A stretch of 64,000 bases of DNA from Escherichia phage VEc74. The notes below the pieces were generated by a model that did not search any database, was not told where the DNA came from, and saw only the letters and a list, made by a program, of their open reading frames with translations. The stretch lies in sequence record MT932213.1; one strand, written 5' to 3'. Below, one piece after another: positions 46,788 through 64,000 of the stretch (position 1 is the stretch's first letter; each line of letters begins with the position of its first letter). The translations under genes and the position numbers were made by a program.

Positions 46788-49700
46788 CAGTAAAAGCACC
46801 TTCAGTCACTAGTCTCAGAATTTCCAAGTTATCCGCAAATCAGGTGCAAGTACGCTGGGATGACGTTGGTGCTAATTTCTACTATTTTGTAGAAATCGCT
46901 GAGACAAAAACAGACTCGGGGGAAAATCTCCCGAGTGATCAATATCGTTGGATTAATTTAGGGTATACAGCAAATAATAGTTTCTTTTTTGATGATGCTG
47001 ATCCACTGACATCATATGTTATTAGAGTAGCTACGGCGGCTCAAGATTTTGAGCAGTCTGACTGGATTTATACCGAAGAGTTTGAAACTTTTGCTACGAA
47101 TGCTTACACATTTCAAAATATGATTGAAATGCAATTAGCTAATAAATTCATTCAGGAAAAGTTCACTCTTAATAATTCTGATTATGTTAATTTTAATAAT
47201 GACACCATAATGGCTGCATTGATGAATGAATCGTTTCAATTCAGCCCATCATATGTTGATGTTTCATCAATCAGTAATTTTATTATTGGTGAAAATGAGT
47301 ATCATGAAATACAAGGTTCTATTCAGCAAGTATGTAAGGATATTAACCGAGTTTATTTGATGGAATCAGAAGGGATTCTATATCTTTTTGAGCGCTATCA
47401 ACCCGTAGTTAAAGTATCCAATGATAAAGGACAAACTTGGAAAGCTGTAAAGCTCTTCAATGACCGCGTAGGATATCCTTTATCTAAGACTGTATATTAC
47501 CAATCTGCGAACACTACATACGTTCTAGGATACGACAAGGTCTTCTATGGCCGTAAATCGACTGACGTTAGATGGTCAGCAGATGATGTCAGATTCAGTT
47601 CACAGGATATAACATTTGCTAAATTAGGAGACCAACTTCATTTAGGATTCGATGTTGAAATCTTCGCTACTTATGCTACTTTACCAGCGAATGTATACCG
47701 CATTGCAGAAGCTATTACTTGTACCGATGATTACATTTACGTTGTCGCCAGAGACAAAGTTAGATACATAAAAACGAGTAATGCACCTATAGATTCTGAT
47801 CCATTATCTCCGACATATTCGGAAAGACTTTTTGAACCTGATACTATGACTATAACCGGAAATCCTAAAGCAGTATGCTATAAAATGGATTCTATTGGTG
47901 ATAAAGTTTTTGCTCTTATTATTGGTGAAGTTGAAACATTAAATGCCAATCCGAGAACTTCAAAAATAATTGATTCTGCTGATAAAGGAATATATGTTTT
48001 AAATCATGACGAAAAAACATGGAAAAGAGTTTTTGGCAACACTGAAGAAGAAAGAAGACGTATTCAACCCGGATATGCGAATATGTCAACTGATGGTAAA
48101 TTAGTTTCTCTATCATCGAGTAATTTTAAATTTTTAAGCGATAATGTTGTTAATGACCCTGAAACTGCAGCAAAATATCAGTTAATTGGCGCTGTTAAAT
48201 ATGAATTTCCTCGTGAATGGTTAGCTGATAAGCATTATCATATGATGGCATTTATAGCTGATGAAAAATCTGATTGGGAGACTTTTACTCCTCAACCAAT
48301 GAAATACTACGCAGAACCGTTCTTTAACTGGTCTAAAAAATCTAACACGCGTTGTTGGATAAACAACTCCGATAGGGCTGTAGTAGTTTATGCTGATTTA
48401 AAATACACCAAAGTTATAGAAAATATTCCGGAAACATCACCAGATAGATTAGTTCATGAATACTGGGATGATGGTGATTGCACTATAGTAATGCCAAATG
48501 TTAAATTCACTGGATTTAAAAAATATGCGTCTGGGATGCTTTTCTATAAAGCCTCCGGTGAAATAATTTCTTACTATGATTTTAACTATCGTGTGAGAGA
48601 TACAGTAGAAATTATTTGGAAGCCGACTGGAGTATTTTTAAAAGCATTTTTACAAAACCAAGAGCATGAGACTCCTTGGTCACCAGAAGAAGAGCATGGA
48701 TTAGCTGATCCTGATTTAAGACCATTGATTGGCACAATGATGCCTGATTCTTATTTGCTACAGGATTCGAATTTTGAGGCATTTTGCGAAGCGTATATTC
48801 AGTATCTTTCTGATGGATATGGAACTCAGTATAACAATTTACGAAATTTAATTCGTAATCAGTATCCACGAGAAGAGCATGCATGGGAATATTTGTGGTC
48901 AGAGATATATAAAAGAAACATTTATTTAAATGCTGACAAACGTGATGCTGTTGCGAGATTCTTTGAATCACGTAGCTATGATTTTTATTCTACTAAAGGA
49001 ATTGAAGCATCATACAAGTTTCTTTTTAAAGTTCTTTATAATGAAGAAGTTGAAATTGAAATTGAATCTGGGGCTGGTACTGAATATGACATAATCGTTC
49101 AATCTGATTCTTTAACTGAAGATTTAGTAGGACAAACGATTTATACAGCCACAGGAAGATGTAATGTTACTTATATAGAAAGAAGTTATTCTAATGGTAA
49201 ATTGCAATGGACCGTAACTATTCATAATCTTTTGGGAAGATTAATTGCTGGTCAAGAAGTTAAAGCAGAAAGACTCCCTAGTTTTGAAGGCGAAATTATT
49301 CGTGGAGTTAAAGGAAAGGATTTGCTTCAAAACAATATAGACTATATTAATAGAAGCAGATCATACTATGTAATGAAAATTAAATCCAATTTACCTTCTT
49401 CCCGCTGGAAATCTGACGTTATTCGTTTTGTTCATCCAGTAGGATTTGGATTTATAGCAATTACCCTTTTAACTATGTTTATTAATGTTGGTTTAACTCT
49501 TAAACATACAGAGACTATAATTAATAAATACAAAAACTATAAATGGGATTCTGGATTACCTACTGAATATGCTGATAGAGTAGCTAAATTAACTCCAACC
49601 GGTGAAATTGAGCATGATTCAGTAACAGGCGAAGCAATTTATGAGCCTGGCCCAATGGCTGGTGTAAAATATCCTCTTCCTGATGACTATAATGCTGAAA

Positions 49701-49882
49701 ATAATAATTCAATGTTTCAAGGTCAATTGCCGTCTGAACGACGTAAATTAATGAGTCCTCTATTTGATGCTTCTGGAACAACATTTGCGCAATTTAGAGA
49801 TTTAGTTAATAAACGTCTAAAAGATAATATAGGAAATCCAAGAGACCCTGAAAATCCAACACAGGTTAAAATAGATGAATGA
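46784..49882 (+). CDS. 7: Baseplate wedge protein gp7
   Basis: 1032 aa; synteny. Confidence 0.85.
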   Translation: MTVKAPSVTSLRISKLSANQVQVRWDDVGANFYYFVEIAETKTDSGENLPSDQYRWINLGYTANNSFFFDDADPLTSYVIRVATAAQDFEQSDWIYTEEFETFATNAYTFQNMIEMQLANKFIQEKFTLNNSDYVNFNNDTIMAALMNESFQFSPSYVDVSSISNFIIGENEYHEIQGSIQQVCKDINRVYLMESEGILYLFERYQPVVKVSNDKGQTWKAVKLFNDRVGYPLSKTVYYQSANTTYVLGYDKVFYGRKSTDVRWSADDVRFSSQDITFAKLGDQLHLGFDVEIFATYATLPANVYRIAEAITCTDDYIYVVARDKVRYIKTSNAPIDSDPLSPTYSERLFEPDTMTITGNPKAVCYKMDSIGDKVFALIIGEVETLNANPRTSKIIDSADKGIYVLNHDEKTWKRVFGNTEEERRRIQPGYANMSTDGKLVSLSSSNFKFLSDNVVNDPETAAKYQLIGAVKYEFPREWLADKHYHMMAFIADEKSDWETFTPQPMKYYAEPFFNWSKKSNTRCWINNSDRAVVVYADLKYTKVIENIPETSPDRLVHEYWDDGDCTIVMPNVKFTGFKKYASGMLFYKASGEIISYYDFNYRVRDTVEIIWKPTGVFLKAFLQNQEHETPWSPEEEHGLADPDLRPLIGTMMPDSYLLQDSNFEAFCEAYIQYLSDGYGTQYNNLRNLIRNQYPREEHAWEYLWSEIYKRNIYLNADKRDAVARFFESRSYDFYSTKGIEASYKFLFKVLYNEEVEIEIESGAGTEYDIIVQSDSLTEDLVGQTIYTATGRCNVTYIERSYSNGKLQWTVTIHNLLGRLIAGQEVKAERLPSFEGEIIRGVKGKDLLQNNIDYINRSRSYYVMKIKSNLPSSRWKSDVIRFVHPVGFGFIAITLLTMFINVGLTLKHTETIINKYKNYKWDSGLPTEYADRVAKLTPTGEIEHDSVTGEAIYEPGPMAGVKYPLPDDYNAENNNSMFQGQLPSERRKLMSPLFDASGTTFAQFRDLVNKRLKDNIGNPRDPENPTQVKIDE

Positions 49883-50879
49883 TTCAAGTGTTATCTATCG
49901 TGCGATAGTTACTTCAAAATTTAGAACAGAAAAAATGTTGAATTTTTATAATTCAATTGGAAGTGGTCCGGATAAAAACACTATCTTTATCACATTTGGA
50001 AGATCAGAACCGTGGTCATCAAATGAAAATGAGGTGGGCTTTGCCCCACCTTATCCAACCGATTCTGTATTAGGAGTAACTGACATGTGGACGCATATGA
50101 TGGGAACAGTAAAAGTTCTTCCATCAATGCTTGATGCAGTTATTCCTCGTCGAGATTGGGGAGATACTAGATATCCGGATCCGTATACATTTAGAATTAA
50201 CGATATTGTAGTGTGTAACTCAGCTCCTTACAACGCTACTGAATCAGGCGCAGGCTGGTTAGTATATCGTTGTTTAGATGTTCCTGATACCGGAATGTGC
50301 TCAATAGCATCTTTAACTGATAAGGATGAATGCCTTAAATTAGGCGGAAAATGGACACCTTCTGTTAGGTCAATGACTCCTCCTGAAGGTCGAGGAGATG
50401 CTGAAGGAACAATTGAACCTGGGGACGGGTATGTATGGGAATATCTTTTTGAGATTCCGCCTGATGTATCTATAAATAGATGCACGAATGAATATATCGT
50501 GGTTCCTTGGCCTGAGGAATTAAAAGAAGACCCGACTAGATGGGGATATGAAGATAATCTCACTTGGCAACAAGATGATTTTGGATTAATTTACCGTGTT
50601 AAGGCAAATACTATCCGTTTTAAAGCATATTTAGATTCAGTTTATTTTCCTGAAGCTGCATTGCCAGGAAATAAAGGATTTAGACAAATATCAATAATCA
50701 CGAATCCTCTTGAAGCTAAAGCTCATCCAAATGACCCAAACGTTAAAGCTGAAAAGGATTATTATGACCCAGAAGATTTAATGAGGCATTCGGGCGAAAT
50801 GATTTATATGGAAAATAGGCCACCTATTATTATGGCAATGGATCAAACAGAAGAAATCAATATTCTGTTTACATTTTAA
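49875..50879 (+). CDS. 8: Baseplate wedge protein gp8
   Basis: 334 aa; synteny. Confidence 0.85.
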   Translation: MNDSSVIYRAIVTSKFRTEKMLNFYNSIGSGPDKNTIFITFGRSEPWSSNENEVGFAPPYPTDSVLGVTDMWTHMMGTVKVLPSMLDAVIPRRDWGDTRYPDPYTFRINDIVVCNSAPYNATESGAGWLVYRCLDVPDTGMCSIASLTDKDECLKLGGKWTPSVRSMTPPEGRGDAEGTIEPGDGYVWEYLFEIPPDVSINRCTNEYIVVPWPEELKEDPTRWGYEDNLTWQQDDFGLIYRVKANTIRFKAYLDSVYFPEAALPGNKGFRQISIITNPLEAKAHPNDPNVKAEKDYYDPEDLMRHSGEMIYMENRPPIIMAMDQTEEINILFTF

Positions 50880-50884
50880 ATTAA

Positions 50885-50909
50885 GGGAGCCCATGGGCTC
50901 CCTTTTTTT
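50885..50909 (+). terminator. Rho-independent terminator after gene 8
   Basis: gggagccc-atg-ggctccc hairpin followed by T7. Confidence 0.7.
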
Positions 50910-50912
50910 CTT

Positions 50913-50920
50913 TATAAATA
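50913..50920 (+). promoter_or_regulatory. T4 late promoter TATAAATA (gene 9)
   Basis: Exact TATAAATA about 25 nt upstream of the gp9 ATG. Confidence 0.55.
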
Positions 50921-50944
50921 TTATAAACTCATAAGGAAACCGCT

Positions 50945-51811
50945 ATGTTCATTCAAGAACCAAAGAAATTGATTGATACCGGCGAAATTGGTAACGCTTC
51001 TACTGGTGATATCTTATTCGACGGTGGTAATAAAATTAATAGTGATTTTAACGCAATTTATAATGCGTTTGGCGATCAGCGTAAAATGGCAGTAGCAAAT
51101 GGCACCGGAGCTGATGGTCAAATTATCCATGCTACTGGATATTATCAAAAACACTCTATTGCTGAGTATGCAACTCCAGTAAAAGTTGGCACTAGACATG
51201 ATATTGATACCTCTACTGTAGGTGTTAAAGTTATTATTGAAAGAGGAGAACTTGGCGATTGTGTTGAATTCATTAACTCTAATGGATCAATATCAGTTAC
51301 TAATCCTTTAACGATTCAGGCTATTGATTCAATTAAAGGTGTTTCAGGTAATTTAGTAGTAACTACTCCATATAGTAAAGTTACTTTACGCTGTATTTCA
51401 TCTGATAATTCTACGTCGGTTTGGAATTATTCTATTGAAAGCATGTTTGGTCAAAGGGAATCACCAGCTGAAGGTACATGGAATATTTCTACATCCGGAT
51501 CAGTTGATATTCCACTATTTCATCGCACTGAATACAATATGGCTAAATTGTTAGTTACATGCCAGTCAGCAGATGGAAGAAAAATTAAAACAGCAGAAAT
51601 AAATATTCTTGTAGATATTATTAATTCAGAGGTCATTTCTTCTGAATATGCTGTCATGCGAGTTGGGAATGAAACCGAAGAAGACGAAATCGCTAATATT
51701 GCATTTAGTATTAAAGAAAATTATGTAACGGCGACTATAAGTTCTTCAACTGTCGGTATGAGAGCAGCAGTTAAAGTTATCGCTACGCAGAAAATCGGGG
51801 TGGCTCAATAA
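50945..51811 (+). CDS. 9: Baseplate protein gp9 (long-tail-fiber socket)
   Basis: 288 aa; synteny. Confidence 0.85.
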   Translation: MFIQEPKKLIDTGEIGNASTGDILFDGGNKINSDFNAIYNAFGDQRKMAVANGTGADGQIIHATGYYQKHSIAEYATPVKVGTRHDIDTSTVGVKVIIERGELGDCVEFINSNGSISVTNPLTIQAIDSIKGVSGNLVVTTPYSKVTLRCISSDNSTSVWNYSIESMFGQRESPAEGTWNISTSGSVDIPLFHRTEYNMAKLLVTCQSADGRKIKTAEINILVDIINSEVISSEYAVMRVGNETEEDEIANIAFSIKENYVTATISSSTVGMRAAVKVIATQKIGVAQ

Positions 51812-53616
51812 TGAAACAAAATATTAATATCGGTAATGTTGTAGATGATGGTACCGGTGACTACCTGCGTAAAGGTGGTATAAAAATAAATGAAAACTTT
51901 GATGAGCTTTATTACGAGCTTGGTGACGGTGATGTTCCATATTCAGCTGGTGCCTGGAAAACTTATAATGCTTCATCAGGACAAACACTAACAGCAGAAT
52001 GGGGAAAATCATATGCCATTAACACTTCATCTGGAAGAGTAACTCTACAACTTCCTAAAGGAACCGTTAATGATTATAATAAAGTAATTAAAGCTAGGGA
52101 TGTATTTGCAACATGGAATGTTAATCCAGTTACTCTAGTAGCCGCTTCTGGCGATACTATTAAAGGATCATCGTCATCAGTTGAAATTAATGTTCAATTT
52201 AGCGATTTAGAGTTAGTTTATTGTGCTCCAGGACGTTGGGAATATGTCAAAAACAAGCAAATTGACAAAATTATTAGTTCAGATATTAGTAATGTAGCAC
52301 GTAAAGAATTTTTAGTCGAAGTTCAAGGACAAACAGACTTTTTAGATGTTTTCCGTGGAACTAGCTATAATGTTAATAACATCCGAGTAAAACACCGCGG
52401 TAATGAATTATATTATGGCGATGTATTTAGTGAAAACAGTGACTTTGGCTCTCCTGGGGAAAATGAAGGAGAATTGATTCCTCTTGATGGATTTAATATT
52501 AGGTTAAGACAGCCTTGTAATATTGGTGACACTGTTCAAATTGAAACATTTATGGATGGTGTATCACAATGGAGAAGTTCATATACAAGACGCCAAATAA
52601 AAGTATTAGATTCAAAATTAACGTCAAAAACTTCTTTAGAAGGAAGTATTTACGTTACTGATTTATCAACAATGAAATCAATTCCATTCTCTGCATTTGG
52701 ATTAATTCCTGGAGAACCTATTAATCCTAATTCTCTTGAAGTTCGTTTTAATGGAATTTTACAACAACAAGCTGGAACAGCCGGATATCCTCTGTTTTTG
52801 TGTGAAGGTGCTAATTCAGATACGCAAGCAGGATGTATATCTCTTGGTGGTGAATGGAAAGAATCGAATACAGATTATTCTATAGAATATGAAGATGGAA
52901 AACCTGTCAGTCTTTTATTTGATAGAAAATTTGAATCTGGCGATATAATCGTTATAACATGGTTCAATAATGATTTAGGAACTCTTTTAGAAAAAGATGA
53001 CATTATTGAATTAACTGATGACCGTTATGTTAGTAAAGGATCATCTACTGAAGTTACTGGTGATGTAGCCTTAACAGATTTTGATAAAATCGGTTGGCCA
53101 AATGTTGAAAAAGTTGATTCTTATACTAGAACGTATAATTCAATATCATCTATTTTCGATAGCATTTATCCTGTTGGTTCAATTTATGAAAATGCTATAA
53201 ATCCAAATAATCCAGTGACTTATATGGGATTTGGTTCATGGAAATTATTTGGTAAAGGGCAGGTTTTAGTAGGATGGAATGATGATGTTACAGATCCAAA
53301 CTTTGCATTAAACAATAATGATTTAGATTCTAGCGGAAATCCTTCACATACCGCCGGTGGAACAGTTGGTACAACATCAGTAACGCTTGAAAACGCAAAT
53401 CTTCCTGCGACTAAAACTGATGAAAGAGTTTTAATTGAAGACGAAAATGGATCAGTTATTATTGGAGGATGTCAATATGACCCAGACGAAACTGGTCCTA
53501 TATATACAAAATATCGTGAAGACTACGCAACAACAAACTCTTCACATACTCCTCCTGCTAATATTAGTAATATTCAACCGTCTATTACTGTATACCGTTG
53601 GATAAGGATTGCATAA
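51811..53616 (+). CDS. 10: Baseplate wedge protein gp10
   Basis: 601 aa; synteny. Confidence 0.85.
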   Translation: MKQNINIGNVVDDGTGDYLRKGGIKINENFDELYYELGDGDVPYSAGAWKTYNASSGQTLTAEWGKSYAINTSSGRVTLQLPKGTVNDYNKVIKARDVFATWNVNPVTLVAASGDTIKGSSSSVEINVQFSDLELVYCAPGRWEYVKNKQIDKIISSDISNVARKEFLVEVQGQTDFLDVFRGTSYNVNNIRVKHRGNELYYGDVFSENSDFGSPGENEGELIPLDGFNIRLRQPCNIGDTVQIETFMDGVSQWRSSYTRRQIKVLDSKLTSKTSLEGSIYVTDLSTMKSIPFSAFGLIPGEPINPNSLEVRFNGILQQQAGTAGYPLFLCEGANSDTQAGCISLGGEWKESNTDYSIEYEDGKPVSLLFDRKFESGDIIVITWFNNDLGTLLEKDDIIELTDDRYVSKGSSTEVTGDVALTDFDKIGWPNVEKVDSYTRTYNSISSIFDSIYPVGSIYENAINPNNPVTYMGFGSWKLFGKGQVLVGWNDDVTDPNFALNNNDLDSSGNPSHTAGGTVGTTSVTLENANLPATKTDERVLIEDENGSVIIGGCQYDPDETGPIYTKYREDYATTNSSHTPPANISNIQPSITVYRWIRIA

Positions 53617-54275
53617 TGAGTTTACTTAATAATAAAGCGGGAGTTATTTCCCGCTTAGCAGATTTTCTTGGTTTTAGAACTAAGAAAAATGATATTTCGG
53701 TTATGAATAATCAGCCGGTAGGCGCTGTAACAATTTCACAAATAGCAAAAGGTTTTTATGACCCAAATGTAGAATCTGCTATCAATGATGTTAGAAATAT
53801 GGCAGAGCAACAGGTTGGAGCTGTATTAATTAATATAAGCGGCGTATCTCCTACTGGAGTGCAACAAACAGACTATTGGTCATTTGAAGGAACTGTTACT
53901 GATACTTCAGCCAAACCAGGTGACCCAGTTATTGTTAACATGTTTGGTATTCCAGTTAAAGCTACTAACGGAATGACTTCAATTGAATTTACCAGTGCCG
54001 TTAGAATAGCTCTACAGGAAATGGTTGCAAAATTTATTGCAATTGATTCATTTGAAGACCATCCTACAATAGGAAATAAAATACAAGTTAAGTATTTAGA
54101 TAACCAAGAACATATCTTAGAGCAATACTCTGATAAAGGAATTACTTTCAAACAAGAAATAATTTCTCCTTCTAAACCTGGATATGGAACTTGGCAATTA
54201 TTAGGTGCGCAAACTGTCACGTTAGATAGTCACACACAACCTACAGTATTTTATTATTTTGAGAGAATAGCATGA
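53616..54275 (+). CDS. 11: Baseplate wedge / short-tail-fiber attachment protein gp11
   Basis: Start placed at ATG 53616 (TAATG overlap with gp10 stop), 219 aa. Confidence 0.8.
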   Translation: MSLLNNKAGVISRLADFLGFRTKKNDISVMNNQPVGAVTISQIAKGFYDPNVESAINDVRNMAEQQVGAVLINISGVSPTGVQQTDYWSFEGTVTDTSAKPGDPVIVNMFGIPVKATNGMTSIEFTSAVRIALQEMVAKFIAIDSFEDHPTIGNKIQVKYLDNQEHILEQYSDKGITFKQEIISPSKPGYGTWQLLGAQTVTLDSHTQPTVFYYFERIA

Positions 54276-55828
54276 GTAATAATACATATCAGCACGTATC
54301 AAATGAATCAAAATATGTTAAATTCGATCCAGTAGGATCGAATTTTCCTGACACTGTTACGACGGTGCAATCTGCATTATCAAAAATAAGTAATATCGGC
54401 GTAAATGGTATTCCTGATGCAACTATGGAAGTTAAAGGAATAGCAATGATTGCATCAGAGCAAGAGGTTTTAGATGGAACAAATAATTCTAAAATCGTTA
54501 CACCAGCTACATTAGCAACAAGATTATTGTATCCAAATGCTACTGAAACTAAATATGGTTTAACGCGCTATTCAACAAATGAAGAAACATTAGAAGGCTC
54601 AGATAATAATTCATCAATAACACCACAAAAACTGAAATATCACACTGATGATGTGTTCCAAAATAGATATTCGTCTGAGTCATCAAACGGGGTTATTAAA
54701 ATATCATCTACGCCTGCAGCTTTAGCTGGTGTTGATGATACTACGGCGATGACTCCGTTGAAAACCCAAAAACTTGCAATAAAATTAATTTCACAAATAG
54801 CTCCTTCAGAAGACACTGCAACAGAATCCGTGAGAGGAGTAGTTCAATTATCTACTGTTGCACAAACTCGTCAAGGAACTCTCCGTGAAGGATATGCAAT
54901 TTCCCCGTATACCTTTATGAATTCTGTTGCAACACAAGAATATAAGGGTATTATACGTCTAGGAACACAAGCAGAAATTAATAATAATTTGGGGGATGTT
55001 GCAGTAACAGGTGAAACACTAAATGGTCGAGGAGCTACCGGTTCTATGCGTGGGGTAGTAAAATTAACGACGCAAGCTGGTATTGCTCCTGAAGGTGATA
55101 GCTCTGGGGCATTAGCCTGGAACGCAGATGTAATTAATACTCGTGGTGGACAAACTATTAATGGTTCTTTAAATTTAGATCATCTCACAGCAAATGGAAT
55201 TTGGTCGCGCGGCGGAATGTGGAAAAATGGCGATCAACCTGTTGCCACTGAAAGATATGCGTCCGAACGGGTTCCGGTTGGAACTATTATGATGTTTGCG
55301 GGTGATTCAGCACCTCCAGGTTGGATTATGTGTCATGGTGGAACTGTGTCAGGAGATCAATATCCTGATTATAGAAACACGGTTGGAACAAGATTTGGTG
55401 GGGATTGGAATAATCCAGGGATTCCTGATATGCGAGGTCTTTTTGTTAGAGGAGCGGGCACCGGCGGTCATATTTTAAATCAACGAGGACAAGATGGTTA
55501 TGGGAAGGATAGACTTGGTGTAGGATGTGATGGAATGCATGTTGGTGGTGTTCAAGCACAACAAATATCATACCATAAACATGCTGGTGCCTGGGGGGAA
55601 AATGGAAATAACAGAGGTTATGCACCGTTTGGCGCATCTAATGGCAATGGATATTTGGGCAATGGTAGAAGCGCCGACTGGGACAACCATTTGTTCTTTA
55701 CTAATGACGGATTTGAAATGGGTGGTCCTCGTGACTCGTTCGGCACGTTAAATCGCGAAGGATTAATTGGTTATGAAACTAGACCATGGAATATATCATT
55801 AAACTATATTATTAAAATTCATTACTAA
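54272..55828 (+). CDS. 12: Short tail fibre protein gp12
   Basis: 518 aa; synteny. Confidence 0.85.
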   Translation: MSNNTYQHVSNESKYVKFDPVGSNFPDTVTTVQSALSKISNIGVNGIPDATMEVKGIAMIASEQEVLDGTNNSKIVTPATLATRLLYPNATETKYGLTRYSTNEETLEGSDNNSSITPQKLKYHTDDVFQNRYSSESSNGVIKISSTPAALAGVDDTTAMTPLKTQKLAIKLISQIAPSEDTATESVRGVVQLSTVAQTRQGTLREGYAISPYTFMNSVATQEYKGIIRLGTQAEINNNLGDVAVTGETLNGRGATGSMRGVVKLTTQAGIAPEGDSSGALAWNADVINTRGGQTINGSLNLDHLTANGIWSRGGMWKNGDQPVATERYASERVPVGTIMMFAGDSAPPGWIMCHGGTVSGDQYPDYRNTVGTRFGGDWNNPGIPDMRGLFVRGAGTGGHILNQRGQDGYGKDRLGVGCDGMHVGGVQAQQISYHKHAGAWGENGNNRGYAPFGASNGNGYLGNGRSADWDNHLFFTNDGFEMGGPRDSFGTLNREGLIGYETRPWNISLNYIIKIHY

Positions 55829-55837
55829 GGATTACAA

Positions 55838-57295
55838 ATGATTGAATTAAAAGATTTACCTTTTGTTGATAGCGTTCCTGGCGAAGGTCAGGAACGTATT
55901 TCATGGATTAAAAATGGTGAAGAAATACTAGGAGCTAGTACTAAGTATGGAAACGATGGATCAATGAATAGACCAACTGTTTCCGTGTTTAAAAATGTCG
56001 AAGTTCTTGATGAAAATGTGGGAATTCTTAAAACTGCCGTTGAAACATCACAGGAAGATATTAAAACAATTCAAGGCATTTTAGATGTATCAGGAGATAT
56101 AGAAGCACTATCGCAGATCAGCGTTAATAAAAATGATATATCAAATTTAAAGACGCTTACAAATGAACACACTGATATATTAAATGGTACAAATAACACA
56201 GTTGACCGCATTCTTTCTGATATAGGTCCATTTAATGAGCAAGCAAATTCAGTTTATAGAACGATTAGAAATGATTTGCTGTGGATTAAAAGGGAATTAG
56301 GACAATATGCTGGACAAGATATTAATGGTCTTCCTGTTGTAGGAAATAGCAGCACGGGAATGAAGCATCGTATCATTAATAATACGGATGCTATAACTTC
56401 GCAAGGAATACGTCTAAGTGATTTGGAAGAAAAATTTATTGAATCTGATGTAGGTTCGCTTACAATCGAAGTAGGAAATCTTAGACAGGAATTAGGACAA
56501 AGACCATCTTCATTTAGTGAAAGCATATATTCGCGTGTGCATAATTTAGATCAAGCACAAATTGATCTAAATTCTGAAATTAAATTTATAAAAACTTCTA
56601 TTGGATATCCAGGAAATACTTCAATAATCACAGATGTCAATGTCAATAGTCAAGAAATTTCAGCTTTAAATGATGAACTAAATAAAAGCGGAGGTGTTAA
56701 ACAACGATTAACTATTATTGAAACATCGATTGGTTCAGATGATATTCCTTCTAGTATTAAAGGTCGAATTAAAGATAATACTACTTCTATTGAATCTTTA
56801 AATGGAATTGTAGGTGAAAACACCTCGTCTGGTTTAAGAGCTAATGTTTCATGGTTAAACCAAATTGTTGGAACTGATTCTAGCGGTGGACAACCTTCTC
56901 CTCCTGGGTCTCTTTTAAATAGAATTTCAACAGTTGAAACTTCCGTTAATAGATTGAACAATGATGTTCAAAACTTACAAGTTGAAATTGGTAATAACAA
57001 TTCCGGAATTAAAGGACAAGTTGTAGCATTAAATCAATTAGTAAATGGAACAAATCCAAATGGCTCAACTGTCGAAGAACGCGGATTGACTAATTCAATA
57101 AAAGCTAATGAGACTAACATTGCTTCAATTAATCAAGAGATTCGTAGCATTAAAAGCGATGTATCTTCATTACAAAGGGATGTCCAGACTTTACAGGAAG
57201 CCGGTTATATTCCTGAAGCACCAAGAGATGGGCAAGCTTACGTTCGTAAAGACGGCGAATGGGTATTGCTTTCTACCTTTTTATCACCAGCATAA
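55838..57295 (+). CDS. wac: Fibritin (whisker, neck)
   Basis: 485 aa coiled coil ending in foldon [27 protein letters not shown]. Confidence 0.95.
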   Translation: MIELKDLPFVDSVPGEGQERISWIKNGEEILGASTKYGNDGSMNRPTVSVFKNVEVLDENVGILKTAVETSQEDIKTIQGILDVSGDIEALSQISVNKNDISNLKTLTNEHTDILNGTNNTVDRILSDIGPFNEQANSVYRTIRNDLLWIKRELGQYAGQDINGLPVVGNSSTGMKHRIINNTDAITSQGIRLSDLEEKFIESDVGSLTIEVGNLRQELGQRPSSFSESIYSRVHNLDQAQIDLNSEIKFIKTSIGYPGNTSIITDVNVNSQEISALNDELNKSGGVKQRLTIIETSIGSDDIPSSIKGRIKDNTTSIESLNGIVGENTSSGLRANVSWLNQIVGTDSSGGQPSPPGSLLNRISTVETSVNRLNNDVQNLQVEIGNNNSGIKGQVVALNQLVNGTNPNGSTVEERGLTNSIKANETNIASINQEIRSIKSDVSSLQRDVQTLQEAGYIPEAPRDGQAYVRKDGEWVLLSTFLSPA

Positions 57296-57298
57296 CAT

Positions 57299-57314
57299 GG
57301 GGCCGCAAGGCCCC
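57299..57314 (+). terminator. GC-rich hairpin after wac (weak terminator)
   Basis: ggggccgcaaggcccc; poor T-tract. Confidence 0.35.
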
Positions 57315-57326
57315 AAAGGATTTTAA

Positions 57327-59028
<1,702 letters not shown>

Positions 59029-59069
59029 TAAATATTATAAACTAATTAAAGCCCAGATTAGGAGAAATC

Positions 59070-62210
<3,141 letters not shown>

Positions 62211-62238
62211 TATTAAAGCATATTAAAGAGGATTAAAA

Positions 62239-64000
62239 ATGACTTTATTATCTCCGGGCATTGAGCTCAAAGAAACTACGGTTCAAAGCACCGTGGTTAA
62301 TAACTCTACTGGTACAGCAGCTTTGGCCGGTAAATTCCAGTGGGGTCCTGCTTTTCAGATTAAACAGGTTACAAATGAAGTAGATTTAGTTAATACTTTT
62401 GGTCAACCAACCGCTGAAACTGCTGACTATTTTATGTCTGCGATGAATTTCTTGCAGTACGGAAATGACTTACGAGTAGTTCGTGCTGTTGATAGAGATA
62501 CCGCTAAAAACTCATCTCCGATTGCTGGTAATATTGAATACACAATTTCTACCCCAGGTAGTAACTATGCAGTTGGAGATAAAATCACGGTCAAATATGT
62601 TTCAGATGATATTGAAACTGAAGGTAAAATTACTGAAGTAGACGCAGATGGAAAAATTAAGAAAATTAATATTCCTACTGCAAAAATTATCGCTAAAGCG
62701 AAAGAAGTCGGTGAATATCCGGAATTAGGTTCTAACTGGACTGCGGAAATTTCTTCGTCTTCCTCTGGTTTAGCTGCAGTAATAACTCTTGGAAAAATTA
62801 TTACTGATTCTGGTATTTTATTAGCTGAAATTGAAAATGCTGAAGCTGCTATGACAGCGGTTGACTTTCAAGCAAATCTCAAAAAATACGGAATTCCAGG
62901 AGTAGTAGCTCTTTATCCAGGCGAATTAGGCGATAAAATTGAAATTGAAATCGTATCTAAAGCTGACTATGCAAAAGGAGCTTCTGCATTACTCCCAATT
63001 TATCCAGGTGGTGGTACTCGTGCATCTACTGCTAAAGCAGTGTTTGGATATGGACCACAAACTGATTCACAGTATGCTATTATAGTTCGTCGTAATGATG
63101 CTATTGTTCAAAGCGTTGTTCTTTCAACTAAGCGTGGTGAAAAAGATATTTACGATAGTAACATCTATATCGATGACTTTTTCGCAAAAGGTGGTTCAGA
63201 ATATATTTTTGCAACTGCACAAAACTGGCCAGAAGGCTTCTCTGGAATTTTAACTCTGTCTGGTGGATTATCATCAAATGCTGAAGTAACAGCAGGAGAT
63301 TTGATGGAAGCTTGGGACTTCTTTGCTGACCGTGAATCTGTTGACGTTCAACTGTTTATTGCGGGTTCTTGTGCCGGTGAATCTTTAGAAACAGCATCTA
63401 CTGTCCAAAAACACGTCGTTTCAATTGGGGATGCTCGCCAAGATTGCTTAGTATTGTGCTCTCCTCCGCGTGAAACTGTAGTTGGAATTCCTGTAACTCG
63501 TGCAGTAGATAATTTAGTTAACTGGAGAACTGCGGCAGGTTCATACACTGATAATAACTTTAATATCAGTTCAACCTACGCAGCAATTGATGGTAACTAT
63601 AAGTATCAGTATGACAAATATAATGATGTGAATCGTTGGGTTCCATTAGCAGCTGATATTGCTGGTTTATGCGCAAGAACTGATAACGTATCTCAGACTT
63701 GGATGTCTCCAGCTGGTTATAATCGTGGTCAGATTCTTAATGTTATTAAACTTGCTATTGAAACTCGCCAGGCTCAGCGCGACCGTTTATACCAAGAAGC
63801 TATCAACCCGGTAACCGGTACAGGCGGTGATGGTTACGTATTGTATGGTGATAAAACAGCTACTTCTGTTCCTTCTCCATTTGATCGTATTAACGTTCGT
63901 CGTCTGTTTAATATGTTAAAAACGAATATCGGACGTAGTTCAAAATATCGTTTGTTCGAATTAAACAACGCGTTTACTCGTTCATCATTCCGCACAGAAA
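62239..64000 (+). CDS. 18: Tail sheath protein gp18 (N-terminal part; continues beyond window)
   Basis: ATG 62239, MTLLSPGIELKETTVQSTVVNNSTG...; frame open to the window end, so not in ORF track. Confidence 0.9.
   Translation, partial: MTLLSPGIELKETTVQSTVVNNSTGTAALAGKFQWGPAFQIKQVTNEVDLVNTFGQPTAETADYFMSAMNFLQYGNDLRVVRAVDRDTAKNSSPIAGNIEYTISTPGSNYAVGDKITVKYVSDDIETEGKITEVDADGKIKKINIPTAKIIAKAKEVGEYPELGSNWTAEISSSSSGLAAVITLGKIITDSGILLAEIENAEAAMTAVDFQANLKKYGIPGVVALYPGELGDKIEIEIVSKADYAKGASALLPIYPGGGTRASTAKAVFGYGPQTDSQYAIIVRRNDAIVQSVVLSTKRGEKDIYDSNIYIDDFFAKGGSEYIFATAQNWPEGFSGILTLSGGLSSNAEVTAGDLMEAWDFFADRESVDVQLFIAGSCAGESLETASTVQKHVVSIGDARQDCLVLCSPPRETVVGIPVTRAVDNLVNWRTAAGSYTDNNFNISSTYAAIDGNYKYQYDKYNDVNRWVPLAADIAGLCARTDNVSQTWMSPAGYNRGQILNVIKLAIETRQAQRDRLYQEAINPVTGTGGDGYVLYGDKTATSVPSPFDRINVRRLFNMLKTNIGRSSKYRLFELNNAFTRSSFRTE

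Overview
This window is a contiguous segment of a T4-like (T-even, Tequatrovirus-type) myovirus genome, identified from many ORFs that match T4 proteins I recognise by sequence, size and gene order. It is close to T4 but not identical: nrdD has no intron, there is no denV-like ORF, and the tRNA set differs. Positions 1-41,630 are almost entirely minus-strand early/middle genes: 46 (partial), 47, a-gt, 55, nrdH-like, nrdG, nrdD, 49, pin, nrdC, a block of hypothetical genes, rI, tk, a macro-domain gene, regB, a GrcA-like gene, internal-protein (IP) genes, e, nudE, a nine-tRNA cluster, an HNH endonuclease, more IP genes, 57B, 57A, 1, 3, 2 and 4. Positions 41,672-64,000 are the plus-strand late baseplate, tail and packaging module: 53, 5, 5.1, 5.4, 6-12, wac, 13-17 and the start of 18. 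The most interesting material is in the accessory regions. There are two plastic IP loci carrying seven genes with the N-terminal capsid-targeting leader (one frameshifted), and one locus shows a duplication footprint. There is a four-gene paralog array next to an AAA+ ATPase/nucleotidyltransferase pair. The tRNA cluster has Tyr and Asn in addition to the T4 set and lacks Gln, with an HNH endonuclease beside it. All coordinates for promoters, hairpins and tRNAs were indexed by hand from the sequence and may be off by a few bases. No similarity search was run, so family assignments rest on motifs I could see and on recollection of T4.
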